A stretch of 64,000 nt of DNA, taken from contig NZ_JAQNDL010000003.1 of assembly GCF_028368995.1 (NCBI RefSeq), forward strand, positions 480,001 to 544,000, read 5' to 3'. Position 1 is the stretch's first letter; every line of letters starts with the position of its first letter. Positions 45,758 to 54,473 of the stretch are shown here, piece by piece. Under the pieces are notes generated by a model, which was not told the origin of the DNA, made no database searches, and saw only the letters and a program-made list of their open reading frames with translations. The translations under genes were made by a program, and so were the position numbers. The stretch comes from Nannocystis bainbridge. Its GTDB lineage: Bacteria; Myxococcota_A; Polyangia; Nannocystales; Nannocystaceae.

Positions 45758-47239
45758 GTGAGCGTCCTCGACCTCGTCCGCGAAGAGACGGGCCTCGACC
45801 TGTCCAACGCAAAATTGACGGTCGACAAGCTCGCGCCGGCGTTCGCCGAGCGGATCGACGTGGTCCTGCACGACCTGGATCGCGCGCTCGAGATCAGCCG
45901 GAAGATCATGGACGCGTATCGGATGCTCCTGGTCGCGCCCTCCCCGGTGGCCGCGATTGGCGTGGCGTACAACGCGATCAAGAGCGCCTGGGGTTACTTG
46001 CAGGGCGAGGCCAACAAGAAGGCCGCCGAGAACCTCGAACGCCGCGCCGCCACGCGCGCCGCCTTCGTCGCCAGGTACTACACCCGCGGCGCCTGGTCGC
46101 AGGTGTGCATGAGCTCGAAAGCACCGACGCCCAAGGCGCTCGACTTGACCAAGGGGACGAAGAAGGCCGGGGCCCACCTGAGCCAGTACGACCCCTATTA
46201 CGTGTGGCACGCGAGCCGCGTCGCGCAGTCCCAGATCCTCATGCCCACGTGGTCGGGGCCGCCATACGACGAGCCGGTCGTGCAGCCCGACCTGTGGGAA
46301 AAGGGTTTTTCTTGGCCGGAGCCGACGTTGCTCGGGGGGTTTCGCGGCCTCGCCTGCGGCGAGCCGCCGGGTGTGAAGCAGCCGAACGAGCCTTGCGCAC
46401 TTGAGGTCTGGTGGGACAAGCCGGCGCCCGTGGGCCCGATCCCTGGGGCCTACGTTGAGAAGTATTGGGGCAACGCGCCGAACAAGGGCTCGCCGGACGC
46501 GGCCAACGTGCTCGACGCTTCGGTCCTGGTGAGGGGCTACGCGCCGCCGCCGGGGTACACGTATCTTTTTTCGTGGGGCACGTACCCCTGGAGCGGCTGG
46601 CAAGGCCCTCCGGGTGGCTCGTCCGGGTCTCCGATCTTCGACAAGTCCGCGGACATGGCGGCTCTCGCCGCGGCGATTCACAGCCTCACGCCGCTTCACG
46701 CACAAATCCCGTGGGACGATGTCGCCCGGGCCTATCGCCACTTCGTGCAGGTCAGCGGGTGGCGCAAACTGAAGCCGCTTCCGGACAAGCAAGTCGACGC
46801 CGGCGTCTACCTGGACGCGGAGCGCCTGCCGACCTCGACCTCGGCGCTGCCGCTCCCGATCCCTGAGACGGGATATCCGTGGGAGGTCATCCGAGAGATC
46901 GAGCTCTTGTTCCGTAGCTTCTTCCGGATCCGGCGAGCGGCCATCTACCAGTGGGCGTTCACCTCTGACCAGTTTAAGGCCGCCTGCAAGACTTCGCGCG
47001 ATCCTCTCCTGCGCACGCTGGCCAACGGCGCCGAGCCCCCCGAACACGGCCCCTGGAAAGCGTGGGACCCCCTCGGCGAGGGGTGGGACGGCGGCATGAC
47101 CGAGCCCGCGCCGCAGGCGGGCAAGCCCCCCGGGCCGGGGGTGTGGGGCAGCCCGAAGAACCTGACCGCAGGCCCGGGTCCCGGCGAGGTCGTCGCCGTC
47201 GCCGCCGGCGGTTATCTGCTCTACCGGCTGTTCCTTTGA
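45758..47239 (+). CDS. Large Trp/Pro-rich protein with C-terminal membrane anchor
   Basis: Ends VVAVAAGGYLLYRLFL; GCCATAT 6 nt before GTG 45758. Confidence 0.8.
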   Translation: MSVLDLVREETGLDLSNAKLTVDKLAPAFAERIDVVLHDLDRALEISRKIMDAYRMLLVAPSPVAAIGVAYNAIKSAWGYLQGEANKKAAENLERRAATRAAFVARYYTRGAWSQVCMSSKAPTPKALDLTKGTKKAGAHLSQYDPYYVWHASRVAQSQILMPTWSGPPYDEPVVQPDLWEKGFSWPEPTLLGGFRGLACGEPPGVKQPNEPCALEVWWDKPAPVGPIPGAYVEKYWGNAPNKGSPDAANVLDASVLVRGYAPPPGYTYLFSWGTYPWSGWQGPPGGSSGSPIFDKSADMAALAAAIHSLTPLHAQIPWDDVARAYRHFVQVSGWRKLKPLPDKQVDAGVYLDAERLPTSTSALPLPIPETGYPWEVIREIELLFRSFFRIRRAAIYQWAFTSDQFKAACKTSRDPLLRTLANGAEPPEHGPWKAWDPLGEGWDGGMTEPAPQAGKPPGPGVWGSPKNLTAGPGPGEVVAVAAGGYLLYRLFL

Positions 47240-47241
47240 CC

Positions 47242-47652
47242 ATGCGCGCCGCCTCCGCTCTCGTCCTCTTGCTCGCCTGCGGCCCGACGCCGCCGGCGAC
47301 CTCGGCCACCAGCTCGGGCACGACCTCGGGCACGACCTCGACCAGCTCGGGCACGACCTCGACCAGCTCGGGCACGACCTCGACCAGCTCGGGCACGACC
47401 TCGGCGACGTCGATGGACGCGCCCACGACCGGCTGCGGCGAGCCGACCGCGGGCTTTTGTGAAGAGCACCCTTGGGGCCGGCCGACGTGCGGCAAGCCCG
47501 TCAGCGCGGCCGCCTGCGTAGAGCTTTGGGACGCGCTGACCGGCTGTGTGGACGCGTGCGCTTACATCGCATGTGCCGACGCGCTTATCGCCGCGCCGTG
47601 CGGCGAGCGCCCCTCGATCTGCGACCCGCTGATCGCGTGCCCTCCTGAGTGA
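47242..47652 (+). CDS. Small lipoprotein with TSSGTTS repeats and Cys-rich C-terminus
   Basis: LLLAC lipobox; 21-bp repeats ACCAGCTCGGGCACGACCTCG at 47308-47403. Confidence 0.8.
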   Translation: MRAASALVLLLACGPTPPATSATSSGTTSGTTSTSSGTTSTSSGTTSTSSGTTSATSMDAPTTGCGEPTAGFCEEHPWGRPTCGKPVSAAACVELWDALTGCVDACAYIACADALIAAPCGERPSICDPLIACPPE

Positions 47653-47707
47653 ACGCATGGCCGAGCCGCAGCCGCAGCCGACCAGCCTGACTCCGCCGCA
47701 GCGACCT

Positions 47708-47860
47708 CCCGAGCCCGTCGCGCAGCGTCAGGAGTTCCCGTTCCTCCATCGTCTTGACGCGCGTCGACGCCAGGAACGCGGCGCTGGCGGCCTGTTCGCG
47801 CGGCGGGAGTGCGGCCAGCGTGCCGCTCAGCCGCGGCAAGGGCGACTCGCCGAGGCGTCG
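47708..47860 (-). pseudogene. Internally deleted remnant of the gene starting at 54473
   Basis: LSGTLAALPPREQ..AAFLASTRV.TMEERELL.LRDGLG matches ~54126-54340. Confidence 0.8.
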
Positions 47861-48300
47861 AGGGTCAGCGCGGCGGCGGCCGAGCGGAGCCGTGGGCCAC
47901 GCTGAGCGGGTGTGTGGACGCCTGCAGCTACATCGCTTAGTGGCCTCCAATCTGGACCCATTGTTCGCGTTCCTACCGGACTGAACGCTTGGCGGGACCC
48001 GCTGATCGCGTGCGAACGCTTGGCGGACAAGTGCCCAAGCCCGAACGTCGACCCAGGCGAACTCTGACGCAATTCTCGCAGGCGCTCGGACATATGTCCA
48101 TGTGACTTGGACGATTGCCCGGTTCATCCGAACACATGTCCGGAACTCGGAGCGCATCCGAGCGAACCTAACATCCGTAGAGTGCGCATCTGCAGACAAG
48201 TCTTCGAAATCACTTCCCTCAACAAACTGGGGAGTCGCCGAAGTGGCGCCCGGAGCGCCGCATGCAGAACGCCATTCTCGTGCACCATTCAGCCAATCCC

Positions 48301-49641
48301 ATGTATCCCTCTCGCACCATCTCCACGTTTGCTACCGTGCTCCTCATGCTCGCGGCCTGCAAGCATCCCACGCCCGGTGACCTGCCACCGACGTCCGCCA
48401 CGGAGGGCGACACGAATCCCACGGCCCCTCCGATGTCCTCCTCCGACCCGACGCTGCCCACCACCTCGCTGCCCACCACGGGGGGCGGAGACGACCCTGT
48501 ATGGGAGGGCTGTCTGGGCACCGCCGACGGCGTGAATTCCGCCTTCGTGCACCAGTGCGCGGGCACCGGGACCGCAATCGTCCGGTTCGACGTCGAAGTC
48601 TCGGGAAACCCAGTCGTGATCCCCCCCTTCCCGCCGCGGCCGGTCACCTTCGGGCCCGGGGTGGAGGGCGAAAGCTACGAAGAGCCCAAGGTGATGGCGT
48701 GCTGCGCTCCGGCGTTCGATGATGAGGAAGACATGGTGCTCCAGCCACACTACATGGCCTGTTACCGTGACCTCGCGGAACAAGCGTGCAGGTCCCTCTG
48801 GTCGCAAATCCTCGCCCTCAAAGACAATCCGGACGTCCCTAACGTCGCGAATCCGCAACTCCAGAACCTGGCGGACTGGGTCGCGGAACATCAGCTGGAG
48901 TGCTTCACGGAGCTCTGGAAGAATTCCGGCGCCATCGACCATGAGCCGCAGAACGCCACCGACTTCTTCACTCTGAACCGTACCTGGGTGCTGGGCGAGG
49001 GTGCCGATACGCTCAATATCAAAAACGTCGAGTTCGAAATCCAGGATGCCGAGGTCAGCGACATCTTTATTCCGGCAAATGCCGCCACATGGGGCCTCTG
49101 CCGCAGCGCCAGCGACAACAACGACTTCCACTTCCTCGAGGTCGACCCGTCGGACGGGTACGTCTTCACGCTCTTCGAAGGAGATGCCGAACTGCTCGGG
49201 CCAGGCACTCCCGCCTACGAGGGCTCCGCCGAATTCTCCGCGAACTCGTTTATCTCCACTCATGATTCGGAGGTCGGAGTGTGGATCGATGCGCTGCAGC
49301 TCGACACGGCAGAACCTGCAGTGATTACGAACGGCACGACTTCCACGACAGTGGACCGCGCCCGCGTCGCCTTGCTGCATGCAGTGCACGCGACCCCGGT
49401 TGGCACCTTCCTGTTCGAGATCGATCCCGGTGGCGCCCAGTTCTTTGTCTCCGGGTTCGCGGATGGGGAAGCCAGCGTCGAAACGGTCTACAACGCGTCG
49501 ACGATCGAGATTGATCGCGCGCCTCCGATGCTCGTGGATCCGGAATACGTGTGGACGGTTTCCCCGTTCGACCTCGTGTATGAGGACGCCAACGAGGATG
49601 AGTGGACCCTCGCGATCGGGACGCTTATCTTCAGCCCCTGA
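48301..49641 (+). CDS. Acidic lipoprotein, cargo
   Basis: MLAAC lipobox, P/T linker, Cys-containing domain; lower GC. Confidence 0.82.
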   Translation: MYPSRTISTFATVLLMLAACKHPTPGDLPPTSATEGDTNPTAPPMSSSDPTLPTTSLPTTGGGDDPVWEGCLGTADGVNSAFVHQCAGTGTAIVRFDVEVSGNPVVIPPFPPRPVTFGPGVEGESYEEPKVMACCAPAFDDEEDMVLQPHYMACYRDLAEQACRSLWSQILALKDNPDVPNVANPQLQNLADWVAEHQLECFTELWKNSGAIDHEPQNATDFFTLNRTWVLGEGADTLNIKNVEFEIQDAEVSDIFIPANAATWGLCRSASDNNDFHFLEVDPSDGYVFTLFEGDAELLGPGTPAYEGSAEFSANSFISTHDSEVGVWIDALQLDTAEPAVITNGTTSTTVDRARVALLHAVHATPVGTFLFEIDPGGAQFFVSGFADGEASVETVYNASTIEIDRAPPMLVDPEYVWTVSPFDLVYEDANEDEWTLAIGTLIFSP

Positions 49642-49661
49642 GCCCACGGAGTCGCCTCACA

Positions 49662-50804
49662 ATGCTCCCCGCCAGCCCACCACGCTCGTGCATCTTACTC
49701 TTGGCCGGTCTCCTCGTGGTGGGCGGCGGATGCCGTGACCGGGAGCGTCCGCCGATCGTCTGGGCCGGGGAGCACGTCCAAGTCGGCACCGACCTGGACC
49801 TCGACGCCTGGTGTCCGGGAACGTTGACGCTGCTGGACAGTCACACAGCTCTGCTGAAAGAGATGTTCGACGCCCCGGCGGACCATGTCGTGACATACTA
49901 TCTGTACCCTTCTCCCATCAGCGATCGTATCTGCCCAAAGCCCAGTACGGCTTGCTACCTCCCGGATGAGGGCGCAGCGGTCACGACCGATCTCTTCAAT
50001 CTCCACGAGATCGTGCATGCTGTCCAGTGGGCCCACGGCGGCATGCCTCATGTTTTTGACGAGGGTGCCGCGACCTATTGGGGGGGAAGAGGGCATGGCG
50101 CAGGCGCAGAGGACGCTCGTGGCCTCCAATTCCGCTCTTTGATAGATAACGCGTGGTCTGAGGGCCTCGGAAGTAGGGGATACTGGCTCGCCGCGAAATT
50201 CACGTCTTACCTGATCCACGCCAACGGCTTGGAGTCGTACGTCGCGCTCTTGAAGGCGACCTCATGGGACCAGTCTCGCGCGAATTTCGAGAAGACGTTC
50301 GATCAAGCCATGGGGATGACGCTGGACGACGCGATAAGCGACTACGAGGCGGAGTTGGAGTGGTGGTACTGCGATGCACCCGCCACGCAGTACTGGTTTC
50401 ATGGGTGCGCGCAACCAGGCGACGTGCTTCCAACCGGCGAGACGACACACTTCGATCTGGACATTTCCTGTGCCGATCCCGAAGTCGTTGGACCATCGTC
50501 GCACGCATCTCCCGATGGTACCCTGAGGATCTGGCGAGACATCACCCTCGAACTCACGAGCACGGACCAGTTCATCACATTTGACGCCCCCCAGGACGGT
50601 GAACCCAGCACCGTGCTGGTGGAGCTCAAGCCCTGCACTACGGATTGTTCCCTGGCGCTAACCGAAACGGTGCGCTTGAACCCGGGTCCGGACGGTACCG
50701 AGTTCAGCCCTTCCGTGCTGCCTGGCCGCTACGTCCTGCGCGTGAGCCGCGCTGCCGAGGACCCGGGCCCTGTCCAAATTCGCTGGCTTCAAGCCGGGTC
50801 ATGA
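49662..50804 (+). CDS. Lipoprotein with gluzincin-like HExxH motif
   Basis: VGGGC lipobox; LHEIVHAV...FDEGAATY. Confidence 0.8.
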   Translation: MLPASPPRSCILLLAGLLVVGGGCRDRERPPIVWAGEHVQVGTDLDLDAWCPGTLTLLDSHTALLKEMFDAPADHVVTYYLYPSPISDRICPKPSTACYLPDEGAAVTTDLFNLHEIVHAVQWAHGGMPHVFDEGAATYWGGRGHGAGAEDARGLQFRSLIDNAWSEGLGSRGYWLAAKFTSYLIHANGLESYVALLKATSWDQSRANFEKTFDQAMGMTLDDAISDYEAELEWWYCDAPATQYWFHGCAQPGDVLPTGETTHFDLDISCADPEVVGPSSHASPDGTLRIWRDITLELTSTDQFITFDAPQDGEPSTVLVELKPCTTDCSLALTETVRLNPGPDGTEFSPSVLPGRYVLRVSRAAEDPGPVQIRWLQAGS

Positions 50805-50892
50805 TCGAGCTGTTCACCCATCCGTCGCTTCCGCCAGCATCGCGCCGGTGCTGACCGGCTTCGCGTACGAGATCCGACCGAGCAAACGGAGC

Positions 50893-51231
50893 CTACTCCT
50901 CTGGGGTAAAGGCGTCGACGTGGGCCATCCGTAACAGCGCCTCCACGGCGAGTTCGACCAGTTCGGTATGCAGCACGGCGGGCAGTGCGAGCTGTTCACG
51001 CCGCCGACGCTTCAAGCGGCGATGCAGGCGCGGCCACTCCACGAGCAACGCGCGCTCCCCCGCGGCGGCGGCCTCGGCGAAGGTGGCGGCGTCGAGCTCG
51101 ACAGCCGGCCCGCCGCGGCCGGACACGTTGAAGCGCCCGGCCCGCGTCAGCTCGATCGAGACGTGGGCCGCGTCGGTACCGAGGATCCACACCCCCGGCC
51201 TGACCTCGTCCCACGAGGGCTTTTTCTTCAC
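50893..51231 (-). CDS. Hypothetical protein (112 aa), last gene of the replication operon
   Basis: GTG start overlaps the reconstructed TGA of the IS-interrupted gene. Confidence 0.65.
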   Translation of the reverse strand: MKKKPSWDEVRPGVWILGTDAAHVSIELTRAGRFNVSGRGGPAVELDAATFAEAAAAGERALLVEWPRLHRRLKRRRREQLALPAVLHTELVELAVEALLRMAHVDAFTPEE

Positions 51232-51529
51232 CGCTTCGCGCTCCGGCGCTCGCGGCGTAAGCGTCCGGCGAGCTACGTCGTGACGAGGAGCCAGCCGAGG
51301 ACCTACAAGAGGGCCTCGGAGGCTGAATGTCGAAAGAGAGTGATGAAGATCGTGATGACCGTGGCGCGGTCGTGCTGCAGCCCGAGCCGCCGGCGCGAGG
51401 GACGTTCGCGCTGCTGATCCCGAGCGACATGTCGTGGCAGGCGAGCTCGTTCGGCGGTGCGCTGCGGCTGGACTTCCGACCGATGCGGCCGAGAGACCGG
51501 GCGGCCCGAGCGCGGGCGAAGGTCAAGCC

Positions 51530-51862
51530 ATGAGCACGGCGACGGAGGCGACGTGGCGCAAGCGGGTCGACGGCTGGATCGCCAGCGGTCAGACCTGCAA
51601 GGAGTACGCGGCGCGCATCCGGGTCAATCCACACACGCTGGGATGGTGGAAATGGCGCCTGCATGCGGCGCGGGCCGATGCATGCGACCAGGGCGCGGGC
51701 GAGGCCGGCTTCGTCGAGGTGACGCAGGAGGTCGGTGCCTTGCTGACGACCGAGCCCGGCGTGCTCGAGCTCGAGGTCGGGTGCGTGGTGCTCCGGATCC
51801 GTGGCCATGTCGAGGCCGACATGCTCGGGCGCGTGCTCGATGTGCTGGAGGGGCGACGATGA
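51530..51862 (+). CDS. tnpA: IS66 accessory protein TnpA
   Basis: WRKRVDGWIASGQTCKEYA...TLGWWKWRL, FVEV. Confidence 0.88.
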   Translation: MSTATEATWRKRVDGWIASGQTCKEYAARIRVNPHTLGWWKWRLHAARADACDQGAGEAGFVEVTQEVGALLTTEPGVLELEVGCVVLRIRGHVEADMLGRVLDVLEGRR

Positions 51863-52200
51863 TCCCGGCGTCGGTGCGGATCTTCGTATGCACCGAGCCG
51901 CAGGACATGCGGCGCGGGTTCGATGCGCTCGCGCTCACCGTGCGGCAGGTGATCGGCGAGGACCCGCGCGGCGGGGCGGTCTTCGTGTTCGCCAGTCGCA
52001 GGTCCGATCGCGTGAAGGTGCTGTGGTGGGACCGTAACGGCTACTGCCTGATGTACAAGCGGCTGCATCGAGCGCTGTTCCGCGTACCGGCGACGGACGA
52101 GCCGTCGCAGCGCTCGGTGGTCGTCGACACGAAGGACTTCGCGGAGCTGCTGCGGGGCGTCGAGCGAGCCCCACGCCGCGAGGGTCGAAATCGCTCTTGA
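51859..52200 (+). CDS. tnpB: IS66 accessory protein TnpB
   Basis: PQDMRRGFDAL, VFVF..RR.DRVKVLWWDRNG..L.YKRL. Confidence 0.95.
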   Translation: MIPASVRIFVCTEPQDMRRGFDALALTVRQVIGEDPRGGAVFVFASRRSDRVKVLWWDRNGYCLMYKRLHRALFRVPATDEPSQRSVVVDTKDFAELLRGVERAPRREGRNRS

Positions 52201-52230
52201 CGTGAATGCTCAAAAGCGTACGTAGGAGGC

Positions 52231-53901
52231 GTGACCGAGGTCGAGCTCGTCCGCCATGAACTCGAGAGCCGCATGCGCGAGCATGCGGACACGATCGACA
52301 AGCTGACCGCCGAGCGCGAGCGGTACAAGACGCTGTACATGGAGCTGCTCGAGCGCTGCAAGCTGCTCGAGAAGGGCATCGTGGTCGGCAAGAAGGCCGA
52401 GCGCTTCACCGCCGGCGACGATCCGCAGCTCGCCCTGCAGATCCTCGAGATGATGCTCGCCGGCCGCGACGTCGTCGTGGAGCAGGTCGAGGAAGAGCTC
52501 GAGCTCGACGACGCCGAGGATGAAGACGCCCACGACAACGAGGTCGATCGTCCTGCGTCTACCCGGCGACGCTCTCGCGGCCGTCGGCCCCTTCCCGAGA
52601 ATCTCCCGCGGGTCGAGATCGAGGTCCTGCCGCCCGAGGTCGTGCGCGAGGGCCTCGACGCGTTCCAGCGGATCGGCCAGGTCGTCAGCGAGGTCGTCGA
52701 ACGTCGACCGGCCTCGCTCGTCGTCGCGCGGATCGTCCGGCCGAAGTTTGTCCGCAAGGGTGAGGCGCCGGGCACGGTCGAGGACCAGGCGATCGAGGCA
52801 CCGGCGGTGCAGATTGCCGAGCGGCTGGAGCTGCCGATCGAGCGCGGCCTCGCCGGCCCCGGGCTGCTCGCCGACACGATCGTCCATCGCTGGCAAGACC
52901 ACCTGCCCGCGAACCGCCTCGAGGCGCTCTACGCCCGCGACGGGCTGCAGCTCGCGCGCTCGACGATCTGCGGCTGGCACGAGCAACTCGCGGATCTCGT
53001 CGAGCCGCTCGTTGAGGCGATGTTTGCCGACGCCTTCACGCAGCCCTATCTCTGCACTGACGCGACCGGCGTCCTCGTGCAGGCAAAGGAGCAGTGCCAG
53101 CGCGCCCACTTCTGGGTGCTCGTGGCGCCGGAGCGCCACGTCCTCTTCCGCTTCTCGCCGGCCCACGACAGCGAGGCCGTCGATCGGCTGCTGAAGGGCT
53201 ACACGGGCTATCTCGTCGCCGACGCCCACGCGGTCTACGATCATTTGTACGCGAGCGGCGATGTCGTCGAGGTCGGCTGCTGGGCCCACTGCAGGAGGTA
53301 CTTCTTCAAGTGCCTCGGTTCGGAGCCAGAGCTGGCCCGGCACGCGCTGTCGCTGATCAAGGCGCTCTTCAAGATCGAGCGCGCGCTGGCGACGGCGCCC
53401 CGCAAGAAGCGAGAGTCGGTCCGCCAGGCGAAGTCGAGACCGATCGTCGACGCCTTCTTCCTCTGGTGCGACCAGCAGGCCGCGCTCGCCCTCGATGGTA
53501 CGCCGCTCGCCAAAGCCCTCGGCTACGCCCGCAATCAGCGGATCGCCCTGCAGCGCTTCCTTGGCGACGGCCGGCTGCCCCTCGAGAACAACATCTCCGA
53601 GCGCAACCTCCGGCGCGAGGTCATCGGCCGCAAGAACTGGCTGTTCCTCGGCAGCGAGGAGGGCGCCCGCGCCAACACACTCTTCGTGTCGCTCCTGGCG
53701 AGCTGCCAGCTCCACCGGATCGAGCCCTGGGCATACCTCCGCGACCTGCTGTGCCTGCTCCCGTCGTGGCCCCGGCGCCGCGTCCTCGAGCTCGCACCGG
53801 CCTTCTGGCAGGAGACTCTGAAACAGGAGGACACTCAGCAGCGGCTCGCCACCAACGTCTTCCGCGGCGTGTCCCTCGGGAAGCATACGAGCGAGGTGTA
53901 G
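52231..53901 (+). CDS. tnpC: IS66 DDE transposase TnpC
   Basis: LPENLPRVE, DHLP.NR, TDATG, ADAHAVY, CWAHCRR, ENNISER.LR..VIGRKNWLF. Confidence 0.96.
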   Translation: MTEVELVRHELESRMREHADTIDKLTAERERYKTLYMELLERCKLLEKGIVVGKKAERFTAGDDPQLALQILEMMLAGRDVVVEQVEEELELDDAEDEDAHDNEVDRPASTRRRSRGRRPLPENLPRVEIEVLPPEVVREGLDAFQRIGQVVSEVVERRPASLVVARIVRPKFVRKGEAPGTVEDQAIEAPAVQIAERLELPIERGLAGPGLLADTIVHRWQDHLPANRLEALYARDGLQLARSTICGWHEQLADLVEPLVEAMFADAFTQPYLCTDATGVLVQAKEQCQRAHFWVLVAPERHVLFRFSPAHDSEAVDRLLKGYTGYLVADAHAVYDHLYASGDVVEVGCWAHCRRYFFKCLGSEPELARHALSLIKALFKIERALATAPRKKRESVRQAKSRPIVDAFFLWCDQQAALALDGTPLAKALGYARNQRIALQRFLGDGRLPLENNISERNLRREVIGRKNWLFLGSEEGARANTLFVSLLASCQLHRIEPWAYLRDLLCLLPSWPRRRVLELAPAFWQETLKQEDTQQRLATNVFRGVSLGKHTSEV

Positions 53902-53945
53902 CCGAACGGCGGGTCAGCCGGCAACGTAGCTCGCCGGACGCATAC

Positions 53946-54473
53946 CTCGCGGCGGCCAGGCGCCGCGGCGGGCGTGTGGGGCGGCTCGTCGCGCGGCGGT
54001 GCCTCGAGACGGCGATCGGTCTCGACCTGCCCGTCGCGCAGCCCGTCAGCGTCGGCCATCGCGCGCGACAGCGCCGCCGACGTGAGCGCCCCGATCGCAT
54101 GCGCCCGGCTCCACCGCGGCGGACTCCCGAGCCCGTCCCGGAGCGCCAGGAGTTCGCGTTCCTCCATCGTCTCGACGCGCGTCGACGCCAAGAACGCCGC
54201 CACGGCAGCAGCCCGCAGCGGGGTCTGTTCGCGCGGCGGGAGGGCGGCCAGCGTGCCGCTCAACTCCGCGGCGAGGCCGGCGGACAGCCGCTCGACGACC
54301 TCGGCGCCTTTGAGCGGCGACGGCTCGCCGAGAGCGTCGGCGTAGGCGCGCTGGTTCTGCGCCTGCGCGCGCACTTCGGCGAGGGCTGCTTCGAGGCCGC
54401 TGGCCTGCTCTTCGAGGTCGATCGCGATCTGCAACGCCGCGGCGTGCTCAGGGTTCGTTTGTGCGGTGGTCAT
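53946..54473 (-). pseudogene. Hypothetical protein interrupted by IS66 six codons before its stop
   Basis: ATGA overlap with dnaB; removing the IS restores ...GRRE-RRSAKR* (51228-51248). Confidence 0.75.

Larger units (their letters stand above)
51257..53945 (+). mobile_element. IS66-family insertion sequence, 2689 bp
   Basis: 22-bp TIR GTA(A/T)GCGTCCGGCGAGCTACGT; 8-bp TSD CTCGCGGC at 51249-51256 and 53946-53953. Confidence 0.97.
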
